Source: Takakia lepidozioides
Taxonomy: Eukaryota; Plantae; Bryophyta
Assembly (NCBI GenBank): GCA_030704615.1
Contig: CM060731.1
Location: forward strand, 67,642,001-67,706,000
Reading direction: 5' to 3'
DNA length: 64,000 bases
Below, piece by piece: positions 59,426-64,000 of the stretch. Each line of letters opens with the position of its first letter. Within the stretch, counting starts at the first letter, position 1. The position numbers were made by a program, and so were the translations under genes. The notes beneath the pieces are model-generated. The model was not told where the DNA came from. It saw nothing but the letters and a program-made list of their open reading frames with translations, and ran no database searches.

Positions 59426-62400
59426 ATGGCTAGTTTACATTTTAGCGGCTTCATTGGCCAATCTTTGAGGCAGAGCAATGGACCATTTCACACATTTCCA
59501 AAGAGAATGCACACCCCCATTTCACAGATCAGAATGGAGGCAGCTCGTGATCAGCAGCTCATGGGCTCTAATGCAAGTACGTGCAGTTCCTCTCTATTTT
59601 CTTACTCTTGTTCTGTTGCAGGACCCCCGAACTTTATGATTGTCATACAAGCAGTGCAAGCTTAATAATTATTCTCGACGTAGCGTAGGGATTGATATCG
59701 GTGGTGAGGATATCCATATCGGTCTGCCAATATGTCGAACTACTCTAGCAGAGGTCTAGCTCCACAGTTAGACTCGTCTAAGTGAAATGCGGATGAACTG
59801 TGAGGCCAGAGTAGTGTTCCTGGCTGAATATGTCAGGTGCAACTGCAACGACCTGCTTCAATTTGATCCAAGGTCACAGCTATACAGGTCATGCGCTAGT
59901 AGTAATCACCTGGTTGGAAGTCATTGGGATTCGCTTAGTTTTTAATGCTTCATACAGATCTGGATGGTTGATGACCAATGGAATGTGGGCCTTTTTTGTT
60001 GGCACCCATATTTGCAGCTTTGACAGGTTGCGCCAGCGAGCTAGTACATGAGTTGAAACAAGTATCCACACTTGTGGACCTCTCGAAGGATTATTATAGC
60101 GAGAAACCCTTAAGTCATACTATGATCGAGGTAAGTCCTAGGGACTGCCCTAAGAGATTTTAGGGGTCTTGTTATATGTAGAATGGAGGTATATAGTTTG
60201 GAATCCTGGAACCTTCATTCAGTACATCTCAGCCGTAAGAACGTAGTAGAAATGTCACATTAAATAATGTTAAATTACTGCTTGTTCAAGTCAAACTCAT
60301 GACGTGAATACAAGTATCATGTTGACGATTTTCTGGCGCATCTGTTCATACATAAAATTTGACAATATTTGTCTGATCTTGTGATCCTGAACTGCATAAC
60401 CTTGTATCTGCAATGACATAGCTCCAGGACATGTATGAAGTTATCAATCGGATAGAGCCTAGTCTATCACATTTATCTCAGGATGTCATGCATATTTATG
60501 TGCAGACTCCTAGACATGTACAAAAGGTGACAGAATGGATTGAGATAGTGAGGGGTATATTCCAGTCCATGACCCTAGGGGAAATCTCGATGTCCCCTTA
60601 TGATACAGCATGGGTTGCACGAGTTCCTGCATTGGATGGCTCTGGAGGACCAGAGTTCCCCCAGTCTCTGCAATGGATTATTGTTAACCAGCTCCCGAAT
60701 GGTGACTGGGGAGACCCCGACCACTTCTTGGGGTTTGATCGTGCCAGCAACACGCTTGCGTGTGTGATTGCCTTGAGAACCTGGGGAGGTATGGGTGCGA
60801 GTGTTGAGAGAGGTGAATCATAAGAACATTTACAACCCTTAAATATTATTTTCGAAGGTGCATGCGTGGTCATGGTTGTTCAAGCGAGCGTCTACTGATG
60901 ATTTGTCAAGTACCTGCAAATATCCGTCTCTAACATAGTTCTTTGTCATGAGTGTATTTCGAACCCAGGTTTGGAATCCCTTCGATCCAACATTCACAAG
61001 ATCGCAGACGATGAATTTGTCAACATGCCCATTGCATTTGAGATAACTTTTCCATCCATGCTTGACAAGGCTAAAACTTTGGGCCTTGACCTCCCTTACG
61101 ACGCCCCAAGTTTACAATCGATCTACGCTGCCAGAGACAAGAAGATGAAAAAGTGGGACTCTATACTGTCAAACTCTTATGTCATATTCGGCGTTCGAAT
61201 AAGTTGATGCCAGTCTCCTCTAGATCAGGATGATACACCTAATATATATCCCTATCTGGAAACTTCAAGGATTGTAAATTTGAGACCTGTTTACATATGA
61301 CCGTAGATTTGGGCGAATGAATGAAGAATTTGGATGCTAACAAATTAGCTTTAATGTTGGATTCGAAGAAACCTCGCATGCATTATGATACGCAAACATG
61401 GAAGGGAAGAAGGAATTGACTTCCGAGCTCCTTCCGAGAGGCAGCTCGGGAAGGATTCACGTTGAAATAGCATTTTGGATGGTGTAGCTAGCCCTAGTTC
61501 AAAGAACCCTGAATCCTGACTTGGCCCTCTGCACCGTATCCAGATGAGACTGGGTACTAGACCCAACTAAGGTCTAGACATATATTACTTACTTCCTCTT
61601 CTACTTGCAATTGCAGGATTCCCATGGGGATGTTGCACAATCGCCCCACGTCACTTTTGTTTTCTTTGGAGGGGCTTCACACGGAAGTGGATTGGAACAA
61701 ACAATTAAAGTTTCAATCGAGTAACGGCTCCTTCTGTTGCTCTCCGGCCTCCGCTGCTTGCGCTCTCATGTACACGAAGGACAAGAAGTGCCATGACTAC
61801 TTGAATAAACTTCTTACCAAATTCCACAACGCAGGTACTGTGACGTGATTATTAGGTACTGCTTATGCAAGGAGTTTTGATCAGATGAGGGGTTCTTAAG
61901 TCTTGACCAAAAGACGGAAGCTGTTCAGAAGTGTTTTAATAGACTGGTATCATTTGTCGACCTTGATTAAACTGTCATGTTGCAGGCTTTCAGGTTGTTC
62001 GAAAGCAATGTAGTCAATATACATATTACTGGATTGTAGTGTTAAACGTTTGTAAGCGGACTGTGAAAAATGAATTGATTGCATCAGTGCGTGTCGTTGT
62101 GTGCAATGCCCAATGTGCATCCAGTGGATTTGTTCGAGCATTTGTGGATGGTAGATCGCCTTGAGCGCCTTGGAATTTCCCACTATTAAGGACTCCCTTG
62201 AATATGTGTACAAGTAAGATCCTGGGCCGCAGTAGAATGTATTCCTGGATCGTTCAATATGTCAAGGTCGATTTTACAGGCCATCAAACAACGAGTTACA
62301 AGCGTTCGCCATACATTGCATGTACTATATTGTGGGTACTACAGTATCCATACTTTATCGACTTAATGTCAAACTGATAGATTAAGATCGACGATATGAG

Positions 62401-63683
62401 CTTAGGACTCTGAAAGCTCATCTGGGTTGATCTAGGCGAGTGCATGGGTCCAAAACACTGAAGTGACACTAGCTGCATCTGTTCATTTGTGGGAAACAGA
62501 TTTTGGACAGACGATAGCATCGGGTTTACCATTCACACAGATTTGAAGGACTTGGATGACACTAGCATGGGATTCCGTCTGCTCCGCCTTCATGGCTTTG
62601 ATGTGTCCACCGGTAAGTAAGCATCCTTCGGTCTCCTTTTGTCGTCCTTAGTGCTAACTATCTCTAGGCGTGCAATCTTGCCACTGTATCAAAGGTTACT
62701 AGCGGAGTGATAAAATTTTGAGTCAAGACTCTGTCACCTATGCGTACAACTTCTATCGAGCCTCACAAACACTGTTCCCCGGAGAAACTATCCTAGGGGA
62801 TTGCACTTGGACTTAGATGACACTCGAGTCTTGGGCCAACGGCACGCGCTAGGGTAGAACACCCTATCACCTGGAAGAGCAGTCGCAAGAACACATCTGC
62901 AGGACAAGTCGCTCGACTCAAGTGGTTGTTTGTGTCACTTTCGCTTGAGTAATACTCTTACATATTGACATAGACTGATTAAGCTCATCATTTTTTCATG
63001 CAGTGGACGAGGTGGATCATATCACGGCTTACTGAGGCCGAGTGGGTTGAGTCAAGTTATACGCCGACTCTTGACGAGTACATGGAGATAAAAAATTCAC
63101 CCTCTACTGCATTGGAGCTAGGTCTGGGGTGCTCATTTTTTTTGCAGGCGAGACGCTAACTGATAAATTGATGGCGACTACCATAATTTGATGCGGTGCG
63201 TCAACCAAATCGGTGGCCTTCTCGAGGATCTCGAAGAACTCAAGGTTTGTAGTGCTATCATAATATGGAATCTGACCTAGTTGATTGATATTTCAATTTA
63301 ATCTATTCCCGAGTTGGATCCGTTAAATCCAATTGGAAAGGAATGTAGAACTGAGGATCGATGGACATGTTTGAACTTTATGCAGAGGGGATCAAGTCAA
63401 GCAAATAGGAAGAAGTCATTTGTGAGGCTCGGCTACATGAAGGAGCATCCTGAATCCACCGAGGACGAGGTTACCGCCTACATACTTAAGGTGGTTGACA
63501 GCAACATGCAAAAGTTAGTGTGGGAGTTCCTCCACCCATCCGTGGTCCCTAGAGTCTGCAAGAATATGCATTTCAACGTTGTGCGCATGATGCACGTAGT
63601 CTTTAAAAAAAATAGACGGTTTCGCAACACTCACAGAGCTCTCGCCTTACTTGAAAAAAATTCTACATGAGCCAGCGTCATAG
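59426..63683 (+). pseudogene. Three-domain diterpene synthase (CPS/KS-like, class II DXDD intact), pseudogene
   Basis: Phase-consistent exons 59426-59576, 60018-60130, 60506-60812, 60969-61152 and 61617-61834; [40 protein letters not shown] (62549-62560); mutated acceptors, frameshifts and a missing mid-region. Confidence 0.88.
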
Positions 63684-63908
63684 AAAGGACCTGTGGTGCA
63701 CCCCCTTAACTTATAATCAGCAGGGGGCACCGGCATAATAACCAGATCCCAAGCTGAATTATGGTTTATCATAACCATATAATAACTTATAATATGGCTA
63801 TCTACATCTGGGCTGCACCTGTGATTCATAATAACTAGGGTAGCCTGTGCCGTTGGCCCAAGTGTCCAATGCTATCTAAGCCCAAGTGCAATTTCCTATG
63901 TATCCAAA

Positions 63909-64000
63909 CAACCAGCATGTAGCCCAGTGGTAATGGGCACATACCACGTTGGATGTGGTTGTGGGTTCAAACCTGGTGTGTCATGAAGGTGACCACCTTT
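63909..64000 (+). mobile_element. tRNA-derived SINE, copy 3 (runs off the window)
   Basis: Same head as the 48-kb copies: GTAGCCCAGTGGTAATGGGCAC..GGTTCAAACC. Confidence 0.75.

Overview
Eukaryotic, TE-rich nuclear DNA from a land plant, most likely a bryophyte. This is inferred from spliceosomal introns, an intact PIN-LIKES gene, PLS-class PPR remnants and a three-domain diterpene synthase. Bases 1-35.6 kb are a four-level nest with target-site duplications (TSDs) visible at every level. A decayed piggyBac transposase is split by an unusual Ty3/Gypsy element (671-35301, TSD CCTT). That element hosts an Athila/Tat-like element with extra ORFs (3370-22708, TSD CCTAG), which itself holds a chromovirus (9002-15808, TSD GGAAC), and a second chromovirus (28576-35190, TSD CATTG). 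The most notable signal is the outer Gypsy element. Between its protease and RNase H it carries a stop-interrupted DNMT3-like C5-cytosine methyltransferase domain (motifs V-X) that the ORF track largely misses, and a PHD finger follows its integrase. Instead of two LTRs it has split direct repeats (A..C..internal..B-gt-A-C..B) whose A and C blocks are hairpins. The rest of the window holds an intact 3-exon PILS gene, PPR and diterpene-synthase pseudogenes, and many small elements (tRNA-derived SINEs, hAT/mariner/CACTA-type MITEs, pogo and LINE remnants, Helitron-like ends). All family calls are from motifs read by eye; no searches were run.
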